64,000 nt of DNA, taken from IMG/VR virus record IMGVR_UViG_3300015177_000008, positions 47,519 to 111,518 of that record; one strand, 5' to 3'. This document shows positions 38,179-47,993 of the stretch, one piece after another. This DNA comes from a virus. Its lineage: Duplodnaviria > Heunggongvirae > Uroviricota > Caudoviricetes. The notes under the pieces were generated by a model that was not told where the DNA came from, made no database searches, and saw nothing but the letters and a program-made list of their open reading frames with translations. Made by a program: the position numbers and the translations under genes. Position 1 is the first letter of the stretch; each line of letters starts with the position of its first letter.

Positions 38179-41100
38179 ACTTATTTATTGTCTCCGCGAT
38201 ATCAGCCAGAATGGCCTCCAGTCGCTCTCCTTCTTCCGGTCGGAAGTACAGGATATTCGGGTTAAATCCGTAGAAGACGGTTGCATCAAGCTCTGGGAAG
38301 TACTCCTTACGACCAATCAGATCTGATGGTTTACTCTTATTGTTAAATAGTGCGGTTGAACGACTACCACACGTCAAAATGTAGGTTGGTCGTACAAGAT
38401 TAATTTCTTCCCGCATAAAGTCTGTGAACTGGCCTATCTCGTCTTTGGTATAGTCTTTCTCTTTGTCCTTAACCTTCTTACAAACACCCGTGACATAAAG
38501 ATCGCCCATGCGCAGATCTCCAACTGTCAGTAGTTTTGCCTTAAAGTCGTCGTATCCGTTCTCCATGAAGTAGCCGGTACGAGCGTCATTGCCGTTCGCA
38601 TTGTCCAGAATGATCATGATTTTGGGTTTAATACCAATAGTCGGGCGTATCAACTCCTCACCCAAGCCCATTTCAGCCGCCATACGTGTCATGAGTACGT
38701 TGATTTCGGCAGAACGCTTAGGATTCATTTCGAACGGACGTGATGCTTTAACAGCGTCAATGATGAGATTGCCCATCAGCTCAGCCTGGTCGCGCAGTCG
38801 TTCAGGATCAGTTGCTGGCAGACTGCCTGGCTCAATTGACGCAAAAGCCCCTACTTTATGAAGCGACTCGCGTACACGACTGTTACATGCACGCTTCTCG
38901 ACCGCTTCATCGAATTGTGCCACTGACTCGAATTTGCCACCAACTTTCTCACGCGCACGCATAATTGCCTGACAACCATTTTCAGAACAGCCTTTCACAG
39001 CAGAGAATGGCGCATACAGTGCCTGACTGCCGTCTTCGAGTGTGCGGATCTCAATTCGGTTAGATGACACATTAACGTCTGGTGGCAATACGCGAATGCC
39101 ATAGGTCAGCGCATCCTTCACCAGCCCCTGATGCTTATCCTCGCCCAGAATGGTGAGCGCAGCTGCGAAGAACTCAGCAGGGTAGTGCGTCTTTAGCCAC
39201 ATAGACTGATAACTGATTAAAGAATAAGCAACGGAGTGTGATTTATTGAACTGATAGGCTCCGTTTTTCTCAAATGCGGTCCAGATCTCCTTCGCTTTCA
39301 TCTCTGATAGCCCTGGATGTGACGCTGTAACGCGTACTGCGTTTATAGGTAGTTTTGCGCCGTGCTCAAGTGCCTCTTCGACAGTTTTCAGAGTTCCGTC
39401 TTCGCATTTAAAATGTTCCGCACGGTGAATGCGCTGTGTAGTGCCATCTTCCAGCTCAACGTCTATCCAGCCAGCTTGAGCCTGAACGATGAACTTCTCG
39501 CCCATGCTCTTCATTTTTTCCATGTTCTTCTTACCGATTGCGGAACGCACAGCGTCAGCTTCAGCCATTGTGAAGCCGGCAAGCAATCGAGTCGCGTTCA
39601 TCGTCTGTTCCTGATAGAGAATCACGCCATTTGTTTCCGCGGTAAGTTTATCAAGAACGGGGTGTAATGATTCCGGCGTCATAAAGCCTTTGGCGACAGA
39701 AACATAGTCATCCAACATGCCTGATTGAATTGGCCCCGGCCGGAAGAGCGCAGTTGTAGCGACGACCGTTTTAAAGCTCATTGGCTCAATTCCACCACCT
39801 AAATCTTTAAGCAGCTTGCGCATTGGGCCTGATTCAAGCTGGAAAACACCTTGAGTGTACCCAGCAGCAAAACCATCCAGCACCTTGCGATCTTCAAGAG
39901 AAATGGCATCAAGATTGATATCTTCACCTGTGTTCTCTTTTATGTAGCGTTTTGCACTATCGAGCAAATCGAGAGTTGCCAGGCCAAGCACGTCCAGCTT
40001 AATTAGGCCCATAGCCTCGCAGTAACGCTTGTCAAATGCGATACAACGCGCGTCACCACGGCGCTCAACCGGTGTACGTTCTGTCAGAGGAACACCTGCT
40101 ACGATCATCCCTGCCGCATGTCTACCAAAGCCACGCATAAGGCTTTGTAACTTGCAGGCTGCATTGAATGCATCAGGATATTTTGTTGCGTATTTGTCGA
40201 GACTTGCCAGTTGTTCGCGCAGTTCTTCCAATGGAAGGCTATCATCCTCAGCGTTCTTCAGTTCTTTTGATACCGCCATATCTGCGGACTCCACACCATA
40301 AATACGAGCGGTGTCACGTAGTGCAGAGGCTGCGCCCAGGTAGGTGAAGTTCGGAATGCCTGCAACGTAATCTTCGCCGTAGCGTTCATTCAGATACTCG
40401 ATCACCTCATGGCGACGTGCCTGGCTGAAGTCCAAATCCGCATCTGGCAAGTCGAGACGCTCAGGGTTGATGAAACGCTCAAACAGAAGACCGTGACGGA
40501 TTGGGTCGACGTTGGTTATGCCTATGCACCACGCCACCAGAGAACCGGCAGAGGAACCACGACCAGGCCCAACGGGAATGCCAGTTTCACGACTATGATT
40601 CATCAGATCGCGCACCATCAGGAAGTAACCACAGAATCCCAGGCGAGTCAGCGTGTCCATTTCGTACTTTAGCCGCTCAACATAAACCCTGTTCTCAGAA
40701 GCAGGTGGTGTGTATCCAAACTCTTTTGTGGTAAGACGTTTACGCAGCCCTGCAACAGCCAGTTTCATAAGCGTTGCAGGCTCGTCGTCTGCCATCTTTG
40801 GCAGTGCTGGCGGCAATTCATGCCAGCGCCATGTGCAGGCATCGATAATGGTATCCTGCGTTGTTGAGGCCATTGCAGCTGTTACCGGCACATCCATGCG
40901 AACGGAGAAGGCTTTAAGCGCCTCAAGGAGATGGCGGCGACCATTGACGGCGTTATCTCGCTGGTGGGGGATACGCAGACGATGCGGCTGGTCGATTTTG
41001 ATGTTGTTCGTAACCATGTGCGCAATGTCTTTAATGTCTGCATCGTCGATCGATTCGTAATAAGCGGGATAGAACGCCACTGGCTCTATTTTCAATGCGC

Positions 41101-41695
41101 TGGCGACTTTCATCGCCCGGACGTTAATCTGGTCGTAGAATGGGGTAGGGTGCGGATAAACCACACTATAGAAGTTGTCTTTTCCACCCGCTGTAATCAG
41201 TGTGCTTATGATTTTTGCAAAATCGTTGCGTTGGAACACGCTACCGATGTCGGAAGTAAGCAGGATGATGTTGCCTTTGGCATATGTAGAAACCAACTGT
41301 TCGAGCGAGAGACGCGGTACAAAGTAGAACTGTTCTCGTGTGTTGGCCGCCGTCATTAGTTCGCAGATGTCGCGATATCCTTGCTCATTTTTAATTAGAG
41401 CGGTAAACGAGTAGTTACGTCCCCGCTCTAATGATTCCATACATCTCATAGATTCTTTAGCAAGTTTAGCCCGGTGCTCGTATGTGGGATCATCAACAAT
41501 GTTTAGTTTCACACCACAAATAACCGCCATGTCGTCACCAGCGGCACGTTGTAGTGGAATAACGCTCGCAATATTCATGCTATCTGCTGAAATTACAGCG
41601 GTGTAGCCAGCTTCTCTGGCAATCTTCACCGCGTTTTCTGCTTTTAGAGCCGACTCCCCAAGTGAGAAGTCAGTTCGAACCATCAGTGCCTTCAT
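38177..41695 (-). CDS. dnaE: DNA polymerase III alpha subunit (DnaE family)
   Basis: 1172 aa; N-terminal PHP-like region and polymerase-core motif GRGSSAGSLVAWCIGIT; start context GGTAAAAACACATG. Confidence 0.85.
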   Translation of the reverse strand: MKALMVRTDFSLGESALKAENAVKIAREAGYTAVISADSMNIASVIPLQRAAGDDMAVICGVKLNIVDDPTYEHRAKLAKESMRCMESLERGRNYSFTALIKNEQGYRDICELMTAANTREQFYFVPRLSLEQLVSTYAKGNIILLTSDIGSVFQRNDFAKIISTLITAGGKDNFYSVVYPHPTPFYDQINVRAMKVASALKIEPVAFYPAYYESIDDADIKDIAHMVTNNIKIDQPHRLRIPHQRDNAVNGRRHLLEALKAFSVRMDVPVTAAMASTTQDTIIDACTWRWHELPPALPKMADDEPATLMKLAVAGLRKRLTTKEFGYTPPASENRVYVERLKYEMDTLTRLGFCGYFLMVRDLMNHSRETGIPVGPGRGSSAGSLVAWCIGITNVDPIRHGLLFERFINPERLDLPDADLDFSQARRHEVIEYLNERYGEDYVAGIPNFTYLGAASALRDTARIYGVESADMAVSKELKNAEDDSLPLEELREQLASLDKYATKYPDAFNAACKLQSLMRGFGRHAAGMIVAGVPLTERTPVERRGDARCIAFDKRYCEAMGLIKLDVLGLATLDLLDSAKRYIKENTGEDINLDAISLEDRKVLDGFAAGYTQGVFQLESGPMRKLLKDLGGGIEPMSFKTVVATTALFRPGPIQSGMLDDYVSVAKGFMTPESLHPVLDKLTAETNGVILYQEQTMNATRLLAGFTMAEADAVRSAIGKKNMEKMKSMGEKFIVQAQAGWIDVELEDGTTQRIHRAEHFKCEDGTLKTVEEALEHGAKLPINAVRVTASHPGLSEMKAKEIWTAFEKNGAYQFNKSHSVAYSLISYQSMWLKTHYPAEFFAAALTILGEDKHQGLVKDALTYGIRVLPPDVNVSSNRIEIRTLEDGSQALYAPFSAVKGCSENGCQAIMRAREKVGGKFESVAQFDEAVEKRACNSRVRESLHKVGAFASIEPGSLPATDPERLRDQAELMGNLIIDAVKASRPFEMNPKRSAEINVLMTRMAAEMGLGEELIRPTIGIKPKIMIILDNANGNDARTGYFMENGYDDFKAKLLTVGDLRMGDLYVTGVCKKVKDKEKDYTKDEIGQFTDFMREEINLVRPTYILTCGSRSTALFNNKSKPSDLIGRKEYFPELDATVFYGFNPNILYFRPEEGERLEAILADIAETINK

Positions 41696-41873
41696 GTGTT
41701 TTTACCTTTCTGGTTTTTTTGATTTTGTCATTGGGGAAGCCTACGAACTTCCCATGCATCGAAATCGCAACTTCTTTTGCTGATTGGTGACAATCGGGCT
41801 TGTCTGGACACACCAGACAAGCCTTACCAGTTTCAGAAGCAGCGATAAGAGAGCCGAAACATCCTTTACGCAC
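41670..41873 (-). CDS. Small Cys-rich protein (possible zinc ribbon)
   Basis: 67 aa with C-x-x-CPDKPDC; overlaps the dnaE start by 26 nt. Confidence 0.3.
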   Translation of the reverse strand: MRKGCFGSLIAASETGKACLVCPDKPDCHQSAKEVAISMHGKFVGFPNDKIKKTRKVKTHEGTDGSN

Positions 41874-41875
41874 GA

Positions 41876-43111
41876 TTAACCAAATATTTTTTGAACAACT
41901 TCACGAGCCGCTTGTGCAGAAGCTGAAGGGAGTTTGTTAATGAAAGAACGCTCAATACCTGTCACAAAGTCGCCTCGCATCATTCCAATCTTGGCCGACA
42001 ACAAAAGTTCACGAGGGCCAATTGGCTGACTAATAAGGTGTTCTTCGTATCCATCGCGAACGATACCGGCAAACTTAACCATCTTTTCAGCGTATTCATC
42101 CACGATGCCTGCATTTATCAACATGTTGATCTCTGCGTCTTTGCTCATGTATTTCACATTCGAAACGATGCCAAAACGCGAAAAGTTCGCGGCGTTCTGG
42201 ATGTTTGTACCCTGGTACAAGCCGGTTTCATCACCAGATCCGTTCGTGTTGCCAGTGCCAATGAAAGCAAACCGTTCATGCGGAGTAATGCGACGCCATT
42301 CTGGAGTCGCCTCTTTGATGACCAACGCCTCACCTTCCAGCACTGGCTGATACACGCCAAGAATTTGTGGAAACGCAAAGTCGTATTCATCCGCGAGGTA
42401 AACCCAGCCATGCTTCATTGCGAGCGCAAGCAAGCCAGGCTCGAAATACGTAGAGCCATCACGCGCCAGAATTTGCCCCGTAACATGTGCCTCTTCCATT
42501 GATGCTGTATGTTGGGCACGGATCAACGGACGATTGAGCAAAGCACATAGCTGTGTAGGCAATGACGATTTGCCTGTTCCTGCATGACCCCACAAATAGC
42601 CAGGTATGCCAAGTTCAAGCATCATGAAAATATCTTTGATCAGTTCGAAGTCGCCATATACGTAGCCCTTCTTCACTTCTGGAACGAACTCTGGATACGG
42701 CGTATTGACGTTGACGCTAACCATGAGCGGCGTCCCACGTTTTGTTCCGAGTTCTTCCACCGTTACGTTTAGCAGTTCGTGAGCTGCGACCAGATCTGTC
42801 TTGTACTCAACTGTGCCTGTGTAACCAGGGCTACTGGTCAAGCCAGAAGATTTGGCCATTTCGCTTTTTTGCTCGGCACGTTTAGCTTGAATTGCATCAA
42901 GTGCCTTTTTCGATAGCGTTGGCTCATCTGGAAACTGCGTTGTGTACATTTTCAGTACGGTGTCAGGATCGGCATCTTTTACTGACTCAGGAATGCCCTC
43001 GCAATTACCATTGGCTACATGGGACTTAAAATAGTGAAATGATTTGCCGCACCACTTGCAAACAAGGTAATCAGAATGATTTTTTTCATTTTGCAGTGCA
43101 GTAGTCGTCAT
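41876..43111 (-). CDS. CobS-like AAA+ ATPase (MoxR family)
   Basis: Walker A GHAGTGKSS and Walker B LADEYDFA; paired with a VWA-domain protein. Confidence 0.65.
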   Translation of the reverse strand: MTTTALQNEKNHSDYLVCKWCGKSFHYFKSHVANGNCEGIPESVKDADPDTVLKMYTTQFPDEPTLSKKALDAIQAKRAEQKSEMAKSSGLTSSPGYTGTVEYKTDLVAAHELLNVTVEELGTKRGTPLMVSVNVNTPYPEFVPEVKKGYVYGDFELIKDIFMMLELGIPGYLWGHAGTGKSSLPTQLCALLNRPLIRAQHTASMEEAHVTGQILARDGSTYFEPGLLALAMKHGWVYLADEYDFAFPQILGVYQPVLEGEALVIKEATPEWRRITPHERFAFIGTGNTNGSGDETGLYQGTNIQNAANFSRFGIVSNVKYMSKDAEINMLINAGIVDEYAEKMVKFAGIVRDGYEEHLISQPIGPRELLLSAKIGMMRGDFVTGIERSFINKLPSASAQAAREVVQKIFG

Positions 43112-43172
43112 GCGTTTTTCCTTTGTTCTCTAATGAGCGTTCAACTTCTTATATAAATATACCATTAACTAT

Positions 43173-43190
43173 CGTAAGTGCTTACTTATC
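43173..43190. promoter_or_regulatory. Class-2 AT-rich palindrome
   Basis: cgtaagtgcttacttatc upstream of the CobS-like gene. Confidence 0.35.
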
Positions 43191-43206
43191 ATTAAGGCTG
43201 TTTTAT

Positions 43207-45315
43207 TCACTTCAAAATGATACGAGATAGTTCAGTAACTACAGATGAACCAAGACTATCAACGCTCGTTACCAGGGCATGATTTGAGTAAAATCTCTCC
43301 GGTGCGTCAGTCATGATGCCAATTGCCATCAAATCAATGTCAGTCTGCGTTTCAATTTGCTTCGCAACCGAACGCAAATGAGCGTCAAAACCTCTCCCAA
43401 CAGCCCACGGCGCGCCATCGCTCAGAACAAGCATGATCTTCCTGTCCTCCAAGCGACCGGAAAATAACGATGCAAGGCTGGCTATGCTTTCACCATCCAC
43501 GTTATTAAGAAGTGGGAATGTGTAGCCTACGCACCCCATACGTGAGCGAACTTCGCGAGAATTTGCTTTTTCATTCCAATTTTTGATGATAGGTAGCATT
43601 AAAGATTCAAAGCGAGAGAACTCATATTTGATAGCCTTAAGTTCTCCTGCTGCCATATGACTGCCAAATGTAGTGAAGCCGGTGATAATGTTGGGAACAT
43701 TTATTCGATCAAGTGCATCGGCGATGGTATATGCACTTGCAAGAGCTAGTTTTATCGTTTCGCCACTCATTGAACCCGATAAATCAATCACTTGTTGAAC
43801 ACAGGCGTTAACGGCTTTAGATTCTTCTTTTTTACGAAACACGCGATCATCATTCATTGTTAATCTGTAGATACTTGAACCATGAATGCGCCCCCGACGC
43901 TGGCCAGGTATAAACTGAACTCTGTTTCTGCTTGCTATTGCACGTTCCAGGTCTTTTGCCAGCGTCGACGAAACACCTGACGAAAGGTGCTTTTCAATAT
44001 ATTTGTCGAAGAGTTGGTTGCCTTCAGGAACGATGCGATAACGGCTGATTGGATATCCACCTAAATCAATATCGGAGAATGTTTTAATAAGCCGTTTGAT
44101 ATGGGCTTCTGCCTGATCAATCGAGCCGATGAAGTCGTATGAGCGATTGTATGGCCTGTATTCGCTTTTCGAGCTTTCTGTTAACTCGCTTTTAATCGTT
44201 TCGGATAGCGCATCTTCTGTCATGCCTCCGACTTCATCTTCCATGCTATCCAACTCCTCTAAAGCCTCTTCCAGACTCATTTTTGACGGAGTTGGAATGT
44301 CTGAAGAGCCGTCTTCTGTCGATTTTCTTTTTTCGTGGTCAGTGGTAAATGATTCTGACGCCGCGTTATCAGAAGCACCAGAATCTGATACCTCTTTATC
44401 ATTTTCTGTATCATCGAATATTGTTTCTGATGATTCAGAATTATCTGAATCATCACTGTCGTTATTATCATGTTTGTGCTTACTGTGTGATTCTGATTTG
44501 ATAGATTTGTGATTATCTAACGCTGGGGGTGTCTCATGATCTTCGTTGTCTTCATTGTTTTCTCCAGAGGCATCCGTCTGGTCAGCGTCTGAAGGATCGG
44601 AAGTTTTTCCCGGAGCTGACTCCTTACCTTTGCTTTCACTTTCAGTGTCTTTGAGGATCTTAGCTATGGTCGCAGCCACCTTTACACAATCCTCGGTGCA
44701 AGACATGTTACGCACGGCCACATCGATACCATGTTCTTTTAATAATGAAATTGGTTTCTCAATGACAGGCCAATATTCATCCATGAAATCTACGAACGGT
44801 GCTTGGCCATCCCAGGCTCTTACAACCGGACAGAGAAAGAAGTTTAGAAAAAGCGCGCGCTGATCTTTACCACAATAAGCAATAGCCTCTGAAGCCTTTG
44901 GTTTAAAGACTTTTTCGATTATAAGGCGCTGAGTTGCCATCAGATTACGTCTTGTTCCGTTAAAGACCTGACCCATTTTTCGCTCGATGAACACGTCTTC
45001 TAAGGCATTCCATAGCGACCAGGAAGGAACGCGTCCTTTTTCTCTCATTTTGTTGGACACACGAATATCGGTAAACAAAATGTGAGCAACCTCATGATCG
45101 AGAAATCCGCGCACAGCATTCATCAATGCCGGTGTTGCGTTATCCGGGATTGATGGGATGTTTACGAGAATTGGCTCTCCATCATCGTTATAGCGTACAT
45201 AAGCGTCGTCCCCTCGTTCTGCAACAGGGATGTTTTTACCTGAAAGGAGAGCGACTACTCGTTTTACACTGTCACGGAAGTCCTGAACCTCTTTGATGGA
45301 ATGTTTTTTAGACAT
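43207..45315 (-). CDS. CobT-like protein with von Willebrand A domain
   Basis: MIDAS-type DLSGSM; long acidic Ser/Asp/Glu-rich low-complexity insert; degenerate class-1-like site upstream. Confidence 0.6.
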   Translation of the reverse strand: MSKKHSIKEVQDFRDSVKRVVALLSGKNIPVAERGDDAYVRYNDDGEPILVNIPSIPDNATPALMNAVRGFLDHEVAHILFTDIRVSNKMREKGRVPSWSLWNALEDVFIERKMGQVFNGTRRNLMATQRLIIEKVFKPKASEAIAYCGKDQRALFLNFFLCPVVRAWDGQAPFVDFMDEYWPVIEKPISLLKEHGIDVAVRNMSCTEDCVKVAATIAKILKDTESESKGKESAPGKTSDPSDADQTDASGENNEDNEDHETPPALDNHKSIKSESHSKHKHDNNDSDDSDNSESSETIFDDTENDKEVSDSGASDNAASESFTTDHEKRKSTEDGSSDIPTPSKMSLEEALEELDSMEDEVGGMTEDALSETIKSELTESSKSEYRPYNRSYDFIGSIDQAEAHIKRLIKTFSDIDLGGYPISRYRIVPEGNQLFDKYIEKHLSSGVSSTLAKDLERAIASRNRVQFIPGQRRGRIHGSSIYRLTMNDDRVFRKKEESKAVNACVQQVIDLSGSMSGETIKLALASAYTIADALDRINVPNIITGFTTFGSHMAAGELKAIKYEFSRFESLMLPIIKNWNEKANSREVRSRMGCVGYTFPLLNNVDGESIASLASLFSGRLEDRKIMLVLSDGAPWAVGRGFDAHLRSVAKQIETQTDIDLMAIGIMTDAPERFYSNHALVTSVDSLGSSVVTELSRIILK

Positions 45316-45413
45316 GGCTAATCCTTTGTTATGAAAACAAATTATTTACTAGTGTGTTTAATGTAGCACTGCGCGAACAGGGAACTAAGCCATTCGCGCA
45401 GGGAGAAGAGGGG

Positions 45414-45626
45414 TTAACAGATTCTGACGGCTAAAGACCCGGAGCCGGTATTGAGAAGCGTGAAGCGTTTGTTGTTAAGTTCGAATATAAAGCCAGTTGT
45501 GTCATTCACACCAACCTGAATCTGCTCATTCGGTAGATCGGTGAGGATGTCAGCCACATACTCATCAGCTAATTTCTGTACGTGTCCGATCTCAAGAGCG
45601 ATTAGACTGGAAATAGTGGTTTTCAT
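45414..45626 (-). CDS. Hypothetical protein (70 aa)
   Basis: ORF. Confidence 0.35.
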   Translation of the reverse strand: MKTTISSLIALEIGHVQKLADEYVADILTDLPNEQIQVGVNDTTGFIFELNNKRFTLLNTGSGSLAVRIC

Positions 45627-45804
45627 TCAATCAATCCATTCTAACTTATACTATGGTAAGGAATACTACTAAAATTTGTATCAATACTGAATACATCTAT
45701 ATCAGATGCAAGTTAATTTTCTTACCTATTTTGGGCTGGTTTTTCTCCATGCATGGACCTTTGCTCGGTCTTACAAGTGCCTGCCGAAAAAAAATGATAA
45801 TAGC

Positions 45805-45832
45805 TTTACAACCCTAACCTTTGATGTAATAT
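45805..45832 (+). promoter_or_regulatory. Sigma70-like promoter of the HTH regulator gene
   Basis: TTTACA - 16 nt - TAATAT, immediately followed by the class-2-type palindrome ggtaagcacttacc. Confidence 0.45.
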
Positions 45833-45833
45833 C

Positions 45834-45847
45834 GGTAAGCACTTACC
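45834..45847. promoter_or_regulatory. Class-2-type palindrome at the regulator's transcription start region
   Basis: ggtaagcacttacc directly downstream of the -10 (autoregulatory position). Confidence 0.4.
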
Positions 45848-45878
45848 AGAGAGAATTAAACGCGCAAAGGTTGTAACA

Positions 45879-46265
45879 ATGTCTGACAACAAGATTGAAT
45901 TTATAGAAAGTCGCTATGCTGCTTTTATCGCAGGGCTGATTGAATCCTCACCTATGAGTCAGGCCCAAATAGCCAGACTTATTGGTTATAAAAATGCCAA
46001 CAACCTTTCTTTAATTAAAAGTGGCAAAATTCCTTTGCCTATCGATAAGGTTCGTCCGCTGGCGCTGGCACTGGGTATTGAGCCAAGTCGTCTTATGATG
46101 ATGGTGCTGGAAGAACGCCAACCCGAACTTGCAGCATTTTTATACAAAGAAGGCACTGCTCCTCTTAACGAGGACGAAAAACAGGTTCTTGCTGCATATA
46201 ACGAGCGATTCGGTAAAGAGAAAGGCGCATCACAAAAGGTTGTTGAGGCCATAAAGTCTCTATGA
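45879..46265 (+). CDS. XRE-family helix-turn-helix transcriptional regulator (candidate repressor)
   Basis: HTH MSQAQIARLIGYKNANNLSLIKSG; plus-strand gene convergent with the recombinase. Confidence 0.65.
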   Translation: MSDNKIEFIESRYAAFIAGLIESSPMSQAQIARLIGYKNANNLSLIKSGKIPLPIDKVRPLALALGIEPSRLMMMVLEERQPELAAFLYKEGTAPLNEDEKQVLAAYNERFGKEKGASQKVVEAIKSL

Positions 46266-47363
46266 AAAATTTACACGAATAAGCTCTGTTGATAGACGAT
46301 CTCCCTTAAATTTGTGGTCAATTTCGTCTAAATCCGGTTGCTCTACGATTGATGCGATGTACGTCGAGAAACTTTCTAAGGCGTCTCGCATCTCGTCCAT
46401 ATAATCGTGCCGGTCGTAGACCCGATCTATCCCCTCAAGACTGTGGTTCATGATTTTGCGTGATACCTCCTGGCTTATGCCTAATGCTGGGAAGTAACTA
46501 CGCGCAGTACGGCGCAAATCTCGGGGTGTAAATGGCTCAAGCTCCATCAGTTCTGGTCGTTCCAGAATACGACGTAATGCCTGGGCTATTGCCACTTTAG
46601 ACATAGGAAGGTCTTTCCCGATTTTTTTATTCGAAGGCACGAGCCACTGGCTGTCTTTACCGTATTCGAACAACTCTTCAATGCATGTGCGCATTAATGT
46701 GCTTAAAGGCAGAGAATGCTCACGGGCAGATTTGTTCCTCTTGCCTTGATTCCAAACCCCACGCTTAAGATTGAACTCACTTTTTTTAGCCCGCAGTACT
46801 TCGTCAGGTCGTCTTGCGGATACAAGACATAGCCTGGCCGCCCATTTTGTACCAGCGCACACATTGAAGTAGTCCCATATATTCCAGAACACCCATACCT
46901 CTGCGTCAGTCAGCTTCCGCTCGCGGGGCGTGGGCTTTGCGCCACCGGCAACTTTGTTAAGTGACATATCGTTTAACGGTGACACGTCTATCATCCCCTG
47001 GAAGGCGCACCAGCTAAGGAACTGCTTCATTAGAGAGAAAACGCGGCGGCCCATAACAATTTTGCCATCCAGTATTAGTGGGTTGACCAGTTGGTTCACC
47101 ATGAACCTATTAATGTCACTTACTTTTACATCGGCAATGTGCGGCAAAACATGTATCAAAATACAATGAACAGCGATCTCTGGCCGACGTCTGGTTATCA
47201 GCAGAGATAAGCGAGTGAATAACATGAATGCGTCCGAGAATCTCAAGTCATTGCTGACCTGGGAGATCATAACGGCCTGCATTTGAGATGCTCTTTCGAG
47301 ATACTCTATCGCCTCTTTTGAGGTGTTCTCCGCAGCGCGTGCTCTGTCAAAGCTATTTTTCAT
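46260..47363 (-). CDS. Tyrosine recombinase/integrase
   Basis: C-terminal catalytic region PFTPRDLRRTARSYF...NHSLEGIDRVYDRHDY (R, H-x-x-R and Y signature). Confidence 0.7.
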   Translation of the reverse strand: MKNSFDRARAAENTSKEAIEYLERASQMQAVMISQVSNDLRFSDAFMLFTRLSLLITRRRPEIAVHCILIHVLPHIADVKVSDINRFMVNQLVNPLILDGKIVMGRRVFSLMKQFLSWCAFQGMIDVSPLNDMSLNKVAGGAKPTPRERKLTDAEVWVFWNIWDYFNVCAGTKWAARLCLVSARRPDEVLRAKKSEFNLKRGVWNQGKRNKSAREHSLPLSTLMRTCIEELFEYGKDSQWLVPSNKKIGKDLPMSKVAIAQALRRILERPELMELEPFTPRDLRRTARSYFPALGISQEVSRKIMNHSLEGIDRVYDRHDYMDEMRDALESFSTYIASIVEQPDLDEIDHKFKGDRLSTELIRVNFS

Positions 47364-47573
47364 ATGACAATCACCGAGTTACGCCGATGCACTGTATAAG
47401 TAAACAGTATATTAGGCATAGATTCTTATAGGATCAAGAGTAAAAGTAACTCATTTTCAGCAATGATTCCATACATAGTAGGTATGGAATCATTTTGACG
47501 TTGTTTTTTGAATTTTAAGGGAAATGGGAGTGAGTTTGGTGGGAATAAAAACGGCTCCTGTGAGCCGTTAAAA

Positions 47574-47819
47574 TCAGAGGGTGCTGACGTATGCAGCCAG
47601 TTCTGTGTATCCGCCAATCGGCTGGCCTTCGATCAGCACCTGGGGGATAGTCTCTACCGGTTTACCAACAATTTCACTTAGTTTTTCCTTGTCGATACCG
47701 GCAGTGGTGATGTCGATGTACTCATAATCACCGTAGCCATGTCCCTTTAGTTGCTTCGCTAGCTCGACCGCACGTTTGCAGTATGAGCAGTTATCTCGTC
47801 CGTAGATAGTGATCGTCAT
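47574..47819 (-). CDS. Glutaredoxin (NrdC/NrdH-like)
   Basis: ATG at 47819 after GAGGT; active site CSYC in MTITIYGRDNCSYCKRA. Track ORF extends upstream. Confidence 0.75.
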   Translation of the reverse strand: MTITIYGRDNCSYCKRAVELAKQLKGHGYGDYEYIDITTAGIDKEKLSEIVGKPVETIPQVLIEGQPIGGYTELAAYVSTL

Positions 47820-47861
47820 TGTTACCTCATAGAATTGATATGCAACTTTACTCACAAAGAA

Positions 47862-47883
47862 GATAGGTATGTGCATACTTATC
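47862..47883. promoter_or_regulatory. Class-2 AT-rich palindrome
   Basis: gataggtatgtgcatacttatc between the glutaredoxin gene and the plus-strand membrane protein gene. Confidence 0.35.
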
Positions 47884-47993
47884 TTTGCAGTCTGCATTAT
47901 AAAGCTATTAAAGCCTCGATCAATCTATTAATTAAGGCATTGTTTGGTTAACATTACCCTAATATTTTATAGTTAGTAGAGTGAAATACATAC

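Noticed and set aside
40931-41359. Plus-strand ORFs inside dnaE (and similar antisense ORFs inside nrdA, intimin, recA, CobT)
   Set aside because: They lie fully within strongly supported genes on the opposite strand and have no start signals.
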